Notes: generated from the letters alone by a model not told the origin. A DNA stretch of 64,000 bases from Eledone cirrhosa (GCA_964016885.1 OZ024742.1:257610001-257674000), one strand, 5' to 3'. Shown: positions 11,901 to 25,104, numbered from the stretch's first letter. Numbers and translations are program-made.

Positions 11901-13383
11901 GTACATCCACATATGTATACTGAAATACTAGTATGCATATGAATACACACACGTGTACATATGTAGATGTACCGAGTTTCCACTGGTCACTTTACTGTGA
12001 GTGTCCAGCTATTCTGTATGTAAACACACAGACAAACCGGTTTTTAGAGTCATACTGGTTTTTGAGGAAACACCTTTCCTCTATTCTACAGAAAGCCAGA
12101 CAAGGAATATTGGACTAGTTTCGATGTTGTTACATCTCATCAGCAATATTTACCTATCTTCCGGCCTTTCTAGAGAATCGTAAAAGCACATATCGTTATA
12201 TGCTTTTTCTATGAAAATTAGTAGTGGGCAGACTAATTTGCATAGAGCGTGAGTACGTACCGGTTCAACGGAGACGATAAAGACAAATAACGAAACGAAA
12301 TTAAATTTCGTTTCGTTTGTAACTCACTTTTGTATGACTGACGCTTAAACAATTAAGTTAAAAATGTACATCCACATATGTATACTGAAATACTAGTATG
12401 CATATGAATACACACACGTGTACATATGTAGATGTACCGAGTTTTCCACTGGTCACTTTACTGTGAGTGTCCAGCTATTCTGTATGTAAACACACAGACA
12501 AACCGGTTTTTAGAGTCATACTGGTTTTTGAGGAAACACCTTTCCTCTATTCTCCAGAAAGCCAGACAAGGAATATTGGACTAGTTTCGATGTTGTTACA
12601 TCTCATCAGCAATATTTACCTATCTTCCGGCCTTTCTAGAGAATCGTAAAAGCACATATCGTTATATGCTTTTTCTATGAAAATTAGTAATGGGCAGACT
12701 AATTTGCATAGAGCGTGAGTACGTACCGGTTCAACGGAGACGATAAAGACAAATAACGAAACGAAATTAAATTTCGTTTCGTTTGTAACTCACTTTTGTA
12801 TGACTGACGCTTAAACAATTAAGTTAAAAATGTACATCCACATATGTATACTGAAATACTAGTATGCATATGAATACACACACGTGTACATATGTAGATG
12901 TACCGAGTTTTTCACTGGTCACTTTACTGTGAGTGTCCAGCTATTCTGTATGTAAACACACAGACAAACCGGTTTTTAGAGTCATACTGGTTTTTGAGGA
13001 AACACCTTTCCTCTATTCTCCAGAAAGCCAGACAAGGAATATTGGACTAGTTTCGATGTTGTTACATCTCATCAGCAATATTTACCTATCTTCCGGCCTT
13101 TCTAGAGAATCGTAAAAGCACATATCGTTATATGCTTTTTCTATGAAAATTAGTAGTGGGCAGACTAATTTGCATAGAGCGTGAGTACGTACCGGTTCAA
13201 CGGAGACGATAAAAAAAAATAACGAAACGAAATTAAATTTCGTTTCGTTTGTAACTCACTTTTGTATGACTGACGCTTAAACAATTAAGTTAAAAATGTA
13301 CATCCACATATGTATACTGAAATACGCATATGCTCGCCGACATCCGGAGATGACATTGCACGCAGTGCTCCTTTCGGAGCCCC

Positions 13384-13427
<44 letters not shown>

Positions 13428-13430
<3 letters not shown>

Positions 13431-13628
13431 CGGAAGAAATGTGGTAAGGAACCAGGTGGACCATAACGCACCAAATTACTCAATATTTAGGGTAGTAGAG
13501 TGGGTAATAGGAACGAGTAGGACCCCGACGGCTGAGCTCAAGCCGTTTAGAGGGCTAATTCTGGACCGAGTCCAGAATTAGCCGTCGAAACGGCTTGAGC
13601 TCAGCCGTCGGGGTCCTACTTGTTCCTA
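13428..13628 (-). mobile_element. PLE pseudo-LTR fragment with terminal ~120-bp foldback containing the 3' half of an HHR
   Basis: Palindrome ~13508-13628 with GAAA cggcu-ugagcuc-agccg UC gggg; same family at 53237-53340 (+). Confidence 0.6.
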
Positions 13629-13693
13629 TATATATATAAATATATATACTGACGAAAGATAATTCAATTGCATGAACTAATATTCCTTTATTT

Positions 13694-13749
13694 ACTGCTA
13701 TGTATATTTCAATGATAGCCATTGCATGGCTATGATCTCATCAGGCAGT
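13694..13749 (-). ncRNA. Type-I hammerhead ribozyme in a pseudo-LTR fragment
   Basis: ACUGC CUGAUGA gaucauagccau-gca-auggcuaucauu GAAA uauaca UA GCAGU. Confidence 0.75.
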
Positions 13750-13812
13750 TAGTCAGTTCTTAGATGTGCCAGCTCTGTGTTTATAGTGTTGATGGTATCA
13801 GAGCGTTGGGTA

Positions 13813-13850
<38 letters not shown>

Positions 13851-13955
13851 ATAATAATAAAATTGAAGACTAAAATCCAAAGAGGGCTCGTTAAGGAAAA
13901 TATATATCAAATATATAAGAACCGTAGAGCAAATATTTATTAAAATAACAGAATA

Positions 13956-14008
13956 TAGTTTAAGCAAAGAATCGCTGCTTTCACCCTTAACGGGATCTTC
14001 TGAAACTA
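13956..14008 (-). ncRNA. Hammerhead-like motif of the PLE pLTR with U4A core; copies at 15022 (mutated), 18281, 19260, 26620 on +
   Basis: UAGUUU CAGAAGA u-ccc-guuaa-ggg-u GAAA gca..ugc UU AAACUA. Confidence 0.55.
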
Positions 14009-15226
14009 ACAAAGTCAATCTGTAAACGCAGAACTGGATATTTCAAAAAACGTTGCAACAGGAGGAAGACAGGAAGACGATACTTTGGTTCGTGGAAACG
14101 TTCGCTGGTAAAGAACGGGAAAAAACAAATAATACGTCATTAATAGGAGCGGTGAAAAACAATTACGCGCAAAGACAGAACCACGTTTATGGTATAAAAG
14201 AGGTCGTAGACTAATGTTCTCTTAGGTGGTGCATAGAGACGTTCTCTGGCAATGAACGAAAAAACGAAGATAATAAGTCATATGTGGAGCGTGGAGAACA
14301 ATAGCACGCAAAGACAAAACCACGTAAATGGTATAGCAAAAGTAGTAGACTAAAATTCTAACTAGGGGACCAAATGAATCTCCGCTACAGAGTTAAGAAC
14401 ACAGTAAATAAATACAATACAGAAGTAATAGAAACAGATAAATACATACACGCAAACAATTACGTACAAACACATACATACGCAAAGCCTTACCATAGGT
14501 ATACAAAACCACGCACATATAAATGTGTGTGCATGTTTATGCTTGTGTACAAATAAATAAATAATTATTTAAACGTATATAAGTAAATAAATAAGTATAT
14601 AACAAGCGTACACACATACCTACAAATAAATACACGAATTTTCGGAGACGTAAGTCAACTAAAACAGGAAGTACACATATACACACACCCACCATACGTA
14701 CGAACCTGCATACTCACGCAGACGCAAAACTCCCGTATACACATGGCCAAACCCTAAATACCAGAATATGTAAAAATTATACGCCATAACAGTCAAATAT
14801 ACGTACGAGAAGTTATACATACCTTCATAACAGTCAAATATACGTACGAGAAGGTATACATACCTTCACAAAACATACGGGTAATATATACTTACCTATG
14901 CAAATAAGTAAAGGAATAAACAAAATATAAACAAAACATATACAAAGTATCGTCTTCCTGTCTTCCTCCGGTTGCAACGTTTTTTGAAATATCCAGCTCT
15001 GCGTTTACAGATTGACTTTGTTAGTTTCAGTAGATCCCGTTAAGGGTTAAAGCAGCGATTCTTTGCTTAAACTATAATCTGTTATTTTAATAAATATTTG
15101 CTCAACGGTTCTTATATATTTGATATATATTTTCCTTATCCAGCCCTCTTTGGATTTTAGTCTTCAATTTTATTATTATTACTATTTGGCTCCTTCGGTT
15201 GAGCACTCTACTGACTTATATTCATC

Positions 15227-17357
15227 ATGCAGAAACAACATCTGAATATTTCTACAAAGAACATACCCGTACCAAGCAGGAAAACATACCTAAAACTCCT
15301 GATACAGAAAACGGACGCGTTTATTAAAAGGTTGCGATGGCGTGCCTTTTATTTCGATAATCCGCGAAAAGCAGACAACAAACAGGATAAATTTGGATTT
15401 AAAACTTCTAATAACCCTCGGTGGAACCCAGCATTGCTACGCTTTGAAAATGATGTCTTGGAACTCATTCGGAGTATCAAATTTCGGTATAGGAGCAATT
15501 CCTTCCAGCAAGACCTGAAGAATAGAATTCGTTCTATTAAGGATTCTAACGCCGTGCACGTCCATTCCGACAAAACTGGCAACCTATATCAAGTGGAGCG
15601 CAGTATTTACCATCAACTACTACATAATGCTGTAACTAAGGATTACCGTAAAACTAATCGGTGTGTCATCAATGAAATCAACGATGCTGGGTTTAAAACA
15701 CATCTGATCTCAACATCCTGGACCGGACCTAACCTCTGGACCCTATCTCTCCCCCACTTTACCCTGAAGGATCACAAATCCAATTTTCCGAACAACCCCT
15801 CTATTCGGCTTATTAACCCTACGAAGTCCGATTTAGGTAAACTTAGTAAAACGATTCTTGATAGAATTATACCTGAAATTAGAAGTTTGGCCCCTCTAGC
15901 ACTGTGGAACAATTCTTTCGCGGTGATTGATTGGTTCAACGGCATATGTAACGAGGAACATTGCCGTTTTATCCAATTCGACATCAACAATTACTACTCC
16001 TCCATCACTTTACCACTTCTCCTTAGAGCTATAAATTTCGCTAAAACACTCACAGTGGTTAAGGATTTCGAAGTTGATGTCATCCTTAATGCCCGAAAGG
16101 CGATGATTAATTTCGACGACTCTATTTGGATTAAAAAATCCAATAGTACTCCATTCGACGTGAGTATCGGCGCCAGTGACTCTGCGGAGGTTACTGATCT
16201 TATTGGCCTTTTCCTTCTTTTCTCTATCAAGGACGAATTCCCCAACGCGGGCGGTGGTTTGTACCGTGACGATGGTCTTTTGACCATGACTAAGTGCGGA
16301 CCTCGTGCTTGCGACAGGTTCAGAGAAGAACTCACAGCCTTCTTTAAAGGCTTCAACCTCTCTATACAGGTTGAGGCCAATCTCTCGGTCGTTAATTACC
16401 TCGACGTTTCCCTCAATTTATTGAATGGGTTGTATTACCCGTATAGAAAGCCGAATGATACGCTTAATTACATAAGTAAGCATTCCAACCATCCTGCCAG
16501 CATAACCAAGAACCTGGTAAAAAACGTTTCGTTGAGGCTTTCCCGTCTTTCCACCAACGAGCGCATTTTCAACGACCCATTCCACTTATTACAATGAAGC
16601 TCTTGATCGAAGTGGATTTGTCGATAAGGTAGCATATACAGAGTACGAAAATCGACCTAGTAGAAATAGATCTTGTCGTATTTGTTGGTTTAACCCACCA
16701 TGTAATATGGAGGTGGCCACACCATTAGCTAAGATCTTTCTTTCCCTTATTACGATGCATTTTCCCCCTACACATAAATATAGTAAAATTTTTAATAGAA
16801 ATACTATTAAAATGTCTTACTCTACGACTCCTAACCTTGCACATAACATCACAGCTTCAAATTTAGCTAAACTACCTAGCCGTAGGAACACGTGCAACCC
16901 TGTAGTTAGTACTAACTGTAATTGTAGGAATCGGGCTGATTGCCCCCTATCCGGGAAATGCCTCTCTAGTAACATTGTCTACAAATGTAAGGCTGTAACA
17001 CCCACGTCCCGTAGGGCCTACATAGGGTTAACCGCCAATAGTTTCAAGCAGCGTCTTTACATGCATACCCATTCTTTTCGTTACTCTCTAAGAAGGAATA
17101 TGACGTCACTTTCAACTCATATCTGGAGTCTAAAAGACAACCACACCGAATATAAATTACACTGGGAGATCCTAGCTAGGGCTAGATCGTATTACGGAAA
17201 TAAAAGACCATGTGACCTCTGCGCCGCTGAGGCCCTGGAAATACTCTACGCTACAGACCACATCTTAAATAAAAAATCTGTGGCTATCTCGGCTTGTAAA
17301 CATAAATTGCACAAAACTTTCCTGTATTACAGCCCCACGTTATACCCTAACGGATAG
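15227..17357 (+). pseudogene. PLE reverse transcriptase + GIY-YIG endonuclease, frameshifted near 16580 (probably also locally near 15700)
   Basis: SDKTGN, TLKDHK, IRLINP, QFDINNYY, SIGASDSAEVTDL, GLYRDD, NYLDV, SNHP; then CNCR..CPL..C..NIVY..YIG..FKQR..CDLC..E. Confidence 0.95.
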
Positions 17358-18352
17358 CACGATCTATACGTGGATATTTTACGTCTTGATGTGGGAGCTA
17401 AGTATAAGTTTTGTTTATTCCTTTACTTATTTGCATAGGTAAGTAAATATTACCCGTATGTTTTGTGAATGTATGTATACCTTCTCGTACGTATATTTGA
17501 CTGTTATGGCGTATAATTTTTACATATTCTGGTATTCAGGGTTTGGCTATGTGTATACGGAGTTTTGCGTCTGCGTGAGTATGCAAGTTCGTACGTATGG
17601 TGGGTGTGTTTATATGTGTACTTCCTGTTTTAGTTGACTTACGTCTCCGAACATTCGTGTATTTATTTGTAGGTATGTGTGTGCGCTTGTTATATACTTA
17701 TTTATTTACTTATATACGTTTATATAATTATTTATTTATTTGTACACAAGCATACACACACACACATATTTATATGTGCGTGGTTTTGTATACCTATGGT
17801 AAGGTTTTGCGTATGTATGTGTTTGTACGTAATTCTTTGCGTGTATGTATTTATTTGTTTCTATTACTTCTGTATTGTATTTATTTACTTTCTTCTTAAT
17901 TCTGTAGCGGAGATTCATTTGGTCTCCTAGTTAGAATTTTAGTCTACAACTTCTATACCATTTACGTGGTTTTGTCTTTGCGTGCTATTGTTCTCCACGC
18001 TCCACATATGACTTATTATCTTCGTTTTTTCGTTCATTGCCAGAGAACGTCTCTATGCACCACCTAAGAGAACATTAGTCTACGACCTCTTTTATACCAT
18101 AAACGTGGTTCTGTCTTTGCGCGTAATTGTTTTTCACAGCTCCTATTAATGACGTATTATTTGTTTTTTCCCGTTCTTTGCCAGCGAACGTTTCCACGAA
18201 CCAAAGTATCGTCTTCCTGTCTTCCTCCGGTTGCAACGTTTTTTGAAATATCCAGTTCTGCGTTTACAGATTGACTTTGTTAGTTTCAGAAGATCTCGTT
18301 AAGGGTGAAAGCAGCGATTCTTTGCTTAAAGTATAATCTGTTTTTTTAATAA

Positions 18353-18392
<40 letters not shown>

Positions 18393-18624
18393 GGCGTAAA
18401 ATAAGAAAATTATAAAAATTTACTTACTTACTAAAATTTCACTCCAACTAATTAGTTTCTGAAAGGGAATAAACATGGTTTCCGATTGGAACAACATGGA
18501 GAAATATCCTTTCGTCATCAGGGAGATCTGTTCTCAGCTGAGTTCCCAGGCAAAGCGTGGACACAGGGAACTTATACAAAAATAATTCAGTGGATGGAAA
18601 AAAGCAAGCGAGGACTAGATTCCA

Positions 18625-19326
18625 GGACATTCATGTATTTATATGTAGGTATGTGTGTGCGCTTGTTATATACGTATTTATTTACTTATATACGTTTATA
18701 TAATTATTTATTTATTTGTACACAAGCATACACACACACACATATTTATACGTGCGTGGTTTTGTATACCTATGGTAAGGTTTTGCGTATGTATGTGTTT
18801 GTACGTAATTGTTTGCGTGTATGTATTTATTTGTTTCTATTACTTCTGTATTGTATTTATTTACTTTGTTCTTAACTCTGCAGCGGAGATTCATTTGGTT
18901 TCCTAGTAAGAATTTTAGTCTACAACGTCTGCTATAACATTTACGTGGTTTTGTCTTTGCGTGCTATTGTTCTCCACGCTCCACATATGACTTATTATCT
19001 TCGTTTTTTCGTTCATTGCCAGAGAACGTCTCTATGCACCACCTAAGAGAACATTAGTCTACGACCTCTTTTATACCATAAACGTGGTTCTGTCTTTGCG
19101 CGTAATTGTTTTTCCCCGCTCCTATTAATGACGCATTATTTGTTTTTTCCCGTTCTTTGCCAGCGAACGTTTCCACGAACCAAAGTATCGTCTTCCTGTC
19201 TTCCTCCGGTTGCAACGTTTTTTGAAATATCCAGTTCTGCGTTTACAGATTGACTTTGTTAGTCTCAGAAGATCCCGTTAAGGGTGAAAGCAGCGATTCT
19301 TTGCTTAAACTATATTCTGTTATTTA

Positions 19327-19332
<6 letters not shown>
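18625..19332 (+). mobile_element. Additional pLTR copy of the 15227 PLE family
   Basis: Near-identical to 17650-18355. Confidence 0.9.
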
Positions 19333-19363
<31 letters not shown>

Positions 19364-19377
19364 TATATATGTATATT

Positions 19378-19421
<44 letters not shown>

Positions 19422-19512
19422 TATATATGTATATTTAAATATATATATATATATTTATATATATTTATTAAAATTATTACTATATATTTATATATATATA
19501 TATATGTATATT

Positions 19513-19543
<31 letters not shown>

Positions 19544-19576
19544 TTTTATATTTATATATATGTATATATATTTATA

Positions 19577-19738
19577 TACTCTTTTACTCTTTTACCTGTT
19601 TCAGCCATCAGGGCTGAGGCCATGGTGGGGCACCACCCTTGTTGCTACACATTTTATCTCCAGCCTGTATAGGTTGGCCACTGGTGTAAGCGGGAGTCTG
19701 TTGCTGCTGCCTTTAGGTTTCCCTCGTGTCTTGCTGTG
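19577..19738 (-). mobile_element. LINE/SINE 3' end with short-repeat tail (AAAAGAGT-like)
   Basis: tactcttttactcttttacctgtttcagcc..; truncated by the gap. Confidence 0.45.
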
Positions 19739-19938
19739 NNNNNNNNNNNNNNNNNNNNNNNNNNNNNNNNNNNNNNNNNNNNNNNNNNNNNNNNNNNNNN
19801 NNNNNNNNNNNNNNNNNNNNNNNNNNNNNNNNNNNNNNNNNNNNNNNNNNNNNNNNNNNNNNNNNNNNNNNNNNNNNNNNNNNNNNNNNNNNNNNNNNNN
19901 NNNNNNNNNNNNNNNNNNNNNNNNNNNNNNNNNNNNNN
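19739..19938. other. Assembly gap (200 N)
   Basis: N run. Confidence 1.
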
Positions 19939-21165
19939 TTCAAATCATTTTATTCATGGACATCTAATGTTTGCAACGTAGAAAAAAAACATGAATTGGC
20001 TGATTATGTATATGCACCTACCCTACTACACCAATTTTATATTGAATAACATGAGCAATTGCCTTCACCATGTTAGAGTACATTACTGTTTTTTACAAGA
20101 AAAAAACACATTAAATCTCCCTACGAAGGGATCATTGCATCAGTCACCGTTTATATCACGTAAGACGTAGCAACTGGCCAAAAAGCAAAATCCTGTGAAT
20201 ATGGCACGCATTCATTTAATAGCATATTTAAATATATTGTATATATATAATCTGTACTAATGAACTTATAGGAGGAAATATATTCACTATATTTTGTTGG
20301 ACATATTCGACACTCAATGAGATATAGTTTGAAAGTAAAAGCGTATAATGCAGTGTCAGAGAGCTAACATTATGTATAATCGTAATGGTGCGATTGCCGT
20401 ATATGTAGGTGGATAATTTTGGGCAATACAAAATAATATCGATCATGGTATCTGTTAATCTTTCATGACAAAATATTTGCAAAGGGACCGGTCAGAACAT
20501 ACAATTAGCAGTTAATATTACCGAAACCAACGTTTCTAAGACTATGCATAGATGTATAGATATAAAGGTCATCGAGAAAAACGGATGGTTAACAAGGAAC
20601 TTGCAAGAAGTTGGTAAATATCTATCATTAATGCCTTCCCAAATGTGTTTCAAATCGATAAAAGGTAATGTAGGTAATTTTCTTAGATAATGCATGTAAC
20701 TTAATGTTTATTTTGATAATTATTATTAGATAAAAGATATAATTAAGATAATTTGCTCGCCGCAAAATATTACATATCATTATTCGCACACAGTTTCAGC
20801 CGCTGGCTATGAATTCAGATAAAACGTTGTGAAAGCGTATTTGTTCTATCGACTAACGGGAAAGGTATAGGTACGCCAACAGGAATGATAAAAACAGCTG
20901 ATCGTTAAGCCAATAAAGCAGCTCTATAATATGATAAATATCACAAACAGACATACAGGAAATAATATTGATCAGTACAAAATATTGTCAATGATATCTC
21001 TGGTAATCGTTCAATGACGAAATAGTTGCTAACAGATCCAACCAGATCACATACATAGCAATTAATATTATGCGAGAAACGTATCCAAAACCATGAGCGA
21101 GTAGATGACGGATATGAAATCCTTAAGAAAAGCGAAACGGCAAAAAATATAACTATATAAACATA

Positions 21166-21260
<95 letters not shown>

Positions 21261-21365
21261 ATATATATATAAGCAGAAGGGATATTTAATTTGTTAGTAA
21301 TTCAACAAATATAAATGTTTATAACTGATTCAGTGAACTCGACATCTTTTCTGGAGTATAATATT

Positions 21366-24092
21366 CAATGATATTATATAAATGGAAACTATATTTATAA
21401 AACCATATTTATTCTATTATATATTTCAAGTGTGCCAACACTTTGGGTTACGCTATCATCAGATAAAATACGAAGTGTGCTTTATAAGTGTTGACATAAG
21501 CAAGGAAAATATACCTTAACGGTTCAGGTTTTCCTTGGATAGTGAAGGGATAAGAGAAGAAAAGTGCAGATATTTCAAAATTATTAAGATGAGTATGCAA
21601 ATGAGATTTAGGTAAAAGGGCTGAAAAAAACATTATTTTAAACGCTATGGATAATTTAAATATTTATGATAAGTATGCGTAGGAAAGAAGAGAAAAGAAG
21701 AAAATCATAGATTTACGTTAATTTTGGGGAAAAAAGTGGAATATGATTGCAGAGTTTAAATTTAAATTTGTTTACCTATATTATGAGTTATAATATTGTA
21801 TATATTAATCAATTAGATTATATGAAGAATTATGGTTGTAAGTATTTTTATCTTATTACATTACGATATGTTATATGTAAATACATATCTATATAGATTA
21901 ATTATTGCGTATGTATTAGTATTATAGAGATAGAAATAATTTATAATTATTAATTTATATATCTAATATGAGTTACGAAGGGTGTTGATTTTGTATTTTA
22001 CTTAAAAAATAGGTGGTTCCAGTTGTGAGAGTAGAACAATTTGTGGATTCGAAAATTTTGCTCAACATTGAAAATGTTTTCAGAATATTGTTAATTTAGC
22101 GAAGTTATATAGATTATCAAGCATAATATGTTTATGTTTGCACGATTGAGAAAGGAAAGTTAACTCCAATTTTGTTTGTTAACCATTAAATTTGATCAGT
22201 GATTTACTCCAAATTATATAGAGAAAATTATATATTATTTCGTGTGAGATCAATTATTTTAGTCGAAAGATGTGTGAATGTTTGAATAAGAAAAAAAGAG
22301 GAAAAACGTAATGTGCTTTGCGAAGATCGTAAAAGGATAAATTTTCAGAATGTCATTTAAAATTATCAATCTACATCTATTAATCTTAGAAGAGAATTAT
22401 TTTCTTCTTGCAGACATCGCCTAAATTCCACGTTCAGAACTATTTTTAATTTATAATATTTCTATACACCTTCAAAATGATCCTATCTTTTTTTTTTATT
22501 TAAATGTAATTTGTTTTCATATTTCCAATATTTTAAATATTTTTAATATTTCTAAATTTTTTTTTTAATATCTCTAAGATTTCTAATATTTTTAATATAT
22601 ATATTTAATATTTTTAATTCCGACATTATTTTAATTCTGAGATTATTTTTAATCCTGACATTATTCTTCTAATGACACCCCTCTAAATATATATTTTTAG
22701 ATGTAGATTGATAATCTTTAAATGACATTCTGAAAATGTATCCTCTTTACGATAGATCTTCGAAAACCACATTACGGTTTTCCTCACTTTTTGAACATTC
22801 ACACATCTTTCGACTAAAATAATTGATCTCACACGAGATAATATATAATTTTCTATATATATTTTGGAGTAAATCACTTGTTAACGGTTAACAAACAAAG
22901 TTTGAGTTATCTTTCCTTTCTCAATCGTCCAAACATAAACATATTATGTTTGATAATCTATATAACTTCGCTTAATTAACAATGTTCTGAAAACATTTTC
23001 ACTGTTGAACAAAATTTCCGAATCCACAAATTGTCTACTCTCACAACTTGAACCATCTATTTTTTAAGTAAAATACAAAATCAACATCCTTCGTAAAATC
23101 TTTATCTACATAAAAGCGAGGATGTGTGTGTGTCTGTGTACAAGTTTGCATGGATAAGGCTTTCACAATTACCAACTGAATTTGACCAAATTTTCTGTGC
23201 ACGTTGCACAGGCCGCTAAAGATGTCACATCACAAGCATTTTTCAAATCGACCCACGTTGAGCAATACAAAATCGATATCAAAATTATCGGTAGAAAAAT
23301 TGATATAAGGGAGACAGCACACTTTATTGACAATCCTTATAAAAAAGGGAGATAACCTTTTAACCAAATATATTCGTTTGCATTAATTATTGAAGACTTC
23401 TGCTTATTTTGACAGGTTGGGGAACATAATGTTCTTCTTTTACTTCCTAGCTGTATATTCTTAGCATAATTTCAAACCCCGAGCAACGCTGGGTAAATCT
23501 GCTAGTATTATATATATAAACAACTAATAATTGTAAATTATTTCTATCTCTATAATACTAATACATACGCAATTATGAATCTATATAGATATTTATATAC
23601 ATATAACCTATCGTAATGTAATAAGATAAAAATACTTACAACCATAATTCTTCATGTAATCTAATTGATTATATATACAATATTATAACTCATAATATAG
23701 GTAAATAAATTTAAATTTAATCTCTGGATTATATTCCACCTTTTCCCCCAAAATTAACGTAAATCTATGATTTTCTTCCTTTCTCTTCTTTCCTACGTAA
23801 CATAATTATTTAAATTCTCCAATAACGTTTAAAATAACGTTTTCCTTGAGCCCTTTTACCTAAACCTCATTTGCATACTCATCTTAATAATTTGAAATTT
23901 CTTACTTTCTTCTCTCATCCATTCACTATCCAAGGACCGTTAAGGTATATTTACCTTGGCTATGTCAAAGTATATAAAACATACTTCGTATTTTATCTGA
24001 TGATATCGTACAAAGGTTTTGGTATTGTGAAATATATATAATAGAATAAATATGGTTTTTAAAATATAGTTTCCATTTATTTAATATCATTC
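21366..24092. mobile_element. Old foldback element: ~900-bp diverged inverted arms (21366-~22280; ~22810-24092) with outward-reading degenerate HHRs (21412-21468 minus; 23991-24046 plus); probable inverted pLTR pair
   Basis: Arms are reverse complementary; uuuuau CUGAUGA..GAAA uauaua UA auagaa. Confidence 0.7.
23099..23505 (+). mobile_element. Non-autonomous Helitron inserted in the right arm of the foldback
   Basis: 5' TC, 3' GC-rich hairpin cccgagcaacgctggg + CTAG, A|T insertion site, absent from the left arm. Confidence 0.8.
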
Positions 24093-24190
24093 TATATATA
24101 TATATTTGCTATACGGTTCTTATATATTTGATATATATTCATCCTTATCGAGCCCTGTTTGGATTTTAGTCTTCAAATGTATTACTATTA

Positions 24191-24244
<54 letters not shown>

Positions 24245-24250
<6 letters not shown>

Positions 24251-25104
24251 AAGTTAAATAAAAGTCAAATGATTAAAATTTAGCTTCGTTTATTACTGCT
24301 ATATATATTTCAGTGACAGCCATCTTTGGCTGTGACCTCTTCAGGCAGTTTGAATTAGTATGGTATAGACAAGTACATATGTTGTTTGTTGTTTAGGTGT
24401 ATAATATTGTCAATACTCTGATATGCCCAGTTCCTTGTTGGGTTGTTATTTCATTGAGGAACTGGAGTCATATGACTTCAAACAAACGAATTTCAGTGTC
24501 AAAGGTCCTCTTCTCCTTTCATTGGTCAGTTATTAGAACATTCCTCATTCTAAGTGTTGTTATTGTTGGAGTTAGCTTAACAAATTGATAAAATGGTAGA
24601 AGGGACAAGGTGTTAAAGGGACAAAATAACAAAAAAATTGTCAAACTTCCCATTGGTCAATTCTGAGAGCATTCTTCAGTCAGTAGTCTATAGAATTATT
24701 ACTGGGGTGAGGCTCCCTGTAGTGTCTTTCCTTGCTATTGTTTAGTACATTTGACCTCTACCATTATTTTGGTAGTGTTGTTGGTGTTGTGATATGATTC
24801 CACTTCCTCAGTGAAATAACAACCCAACTAGGAACTGGGCATATCAGAGTATTGACAATATTATACACCTAAACAACATATGTACTTGTCTATACCATAC
24901 TAATTCAAACTGCCTGAAGAGGTCACAGCCTAAGATGGCTGTCACTGAAATATATATAGCAGTAATAAACGAAGCTAAATTTTAATCATTTGACTTTTAT
25001 TTAACTTTATTTTACATAATACGGAGTAACCAAACCAACCTGCGCACTTCGTTGAGTGCTCCAGGATGCATACTGAGGTGTTGGTATACAACTAACATAA
25101 ACTC

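Larger units (their letters stand above)
8560..13325 (-). repeat. Tandem array of 465/466-bp monomers (~10.2 copies), one hammerhead per monomer; retrozyme-like satellite
   Basis: Monomers start at ~8560, 9025, 9490, 9955, 10420, 10885, 11350, 11815, 12280, 12746 and 13212 (partial). Confidence 0.95.
13848..18355 (+). mobile_element. Near-full-length Penelope-like retroelement: inverted pLTR (13848-14935), partial direct pLTR (14947-15185), ORF, 3' pLTR (17358-18355)
   Basis: RT + GIY-YIG ORF; direct and inverted terminal repeats; inserted in (TA)n. Confidence 0.95.

Noticed and set aside
8746-13115. Repeated 60/61-aa ORFs in the 465-bp array
   Set aside because: GTG or weak starts, no motifs, and they lie antisense to the ribozyme; by-product of the repeat
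8560-13325. CRISPR-like array or bacterial terminator hairpins
   Set aside because: Whole units repeat with no unique spacers and no cas genes; eukaryotic context
18505-18525. Minus-strand CUGAUGA-C-GAAA
   Set aside because: No stem II and no convincing stem I
19560-20049. ORFs spanning X runs
   Set aside because: Assembly-gap artefacts
20400-21130. Degenerate ~550-bp duplication
   Set aside because: Too diverged to classify; no ribozyme or coding signal found
21366-24092. Mutator/foldback DNA transposon interpretation
   Set aside because: No TSD or transposase seen; outward HHRs and (TA)n flanks fit an inverted pLTR pair better
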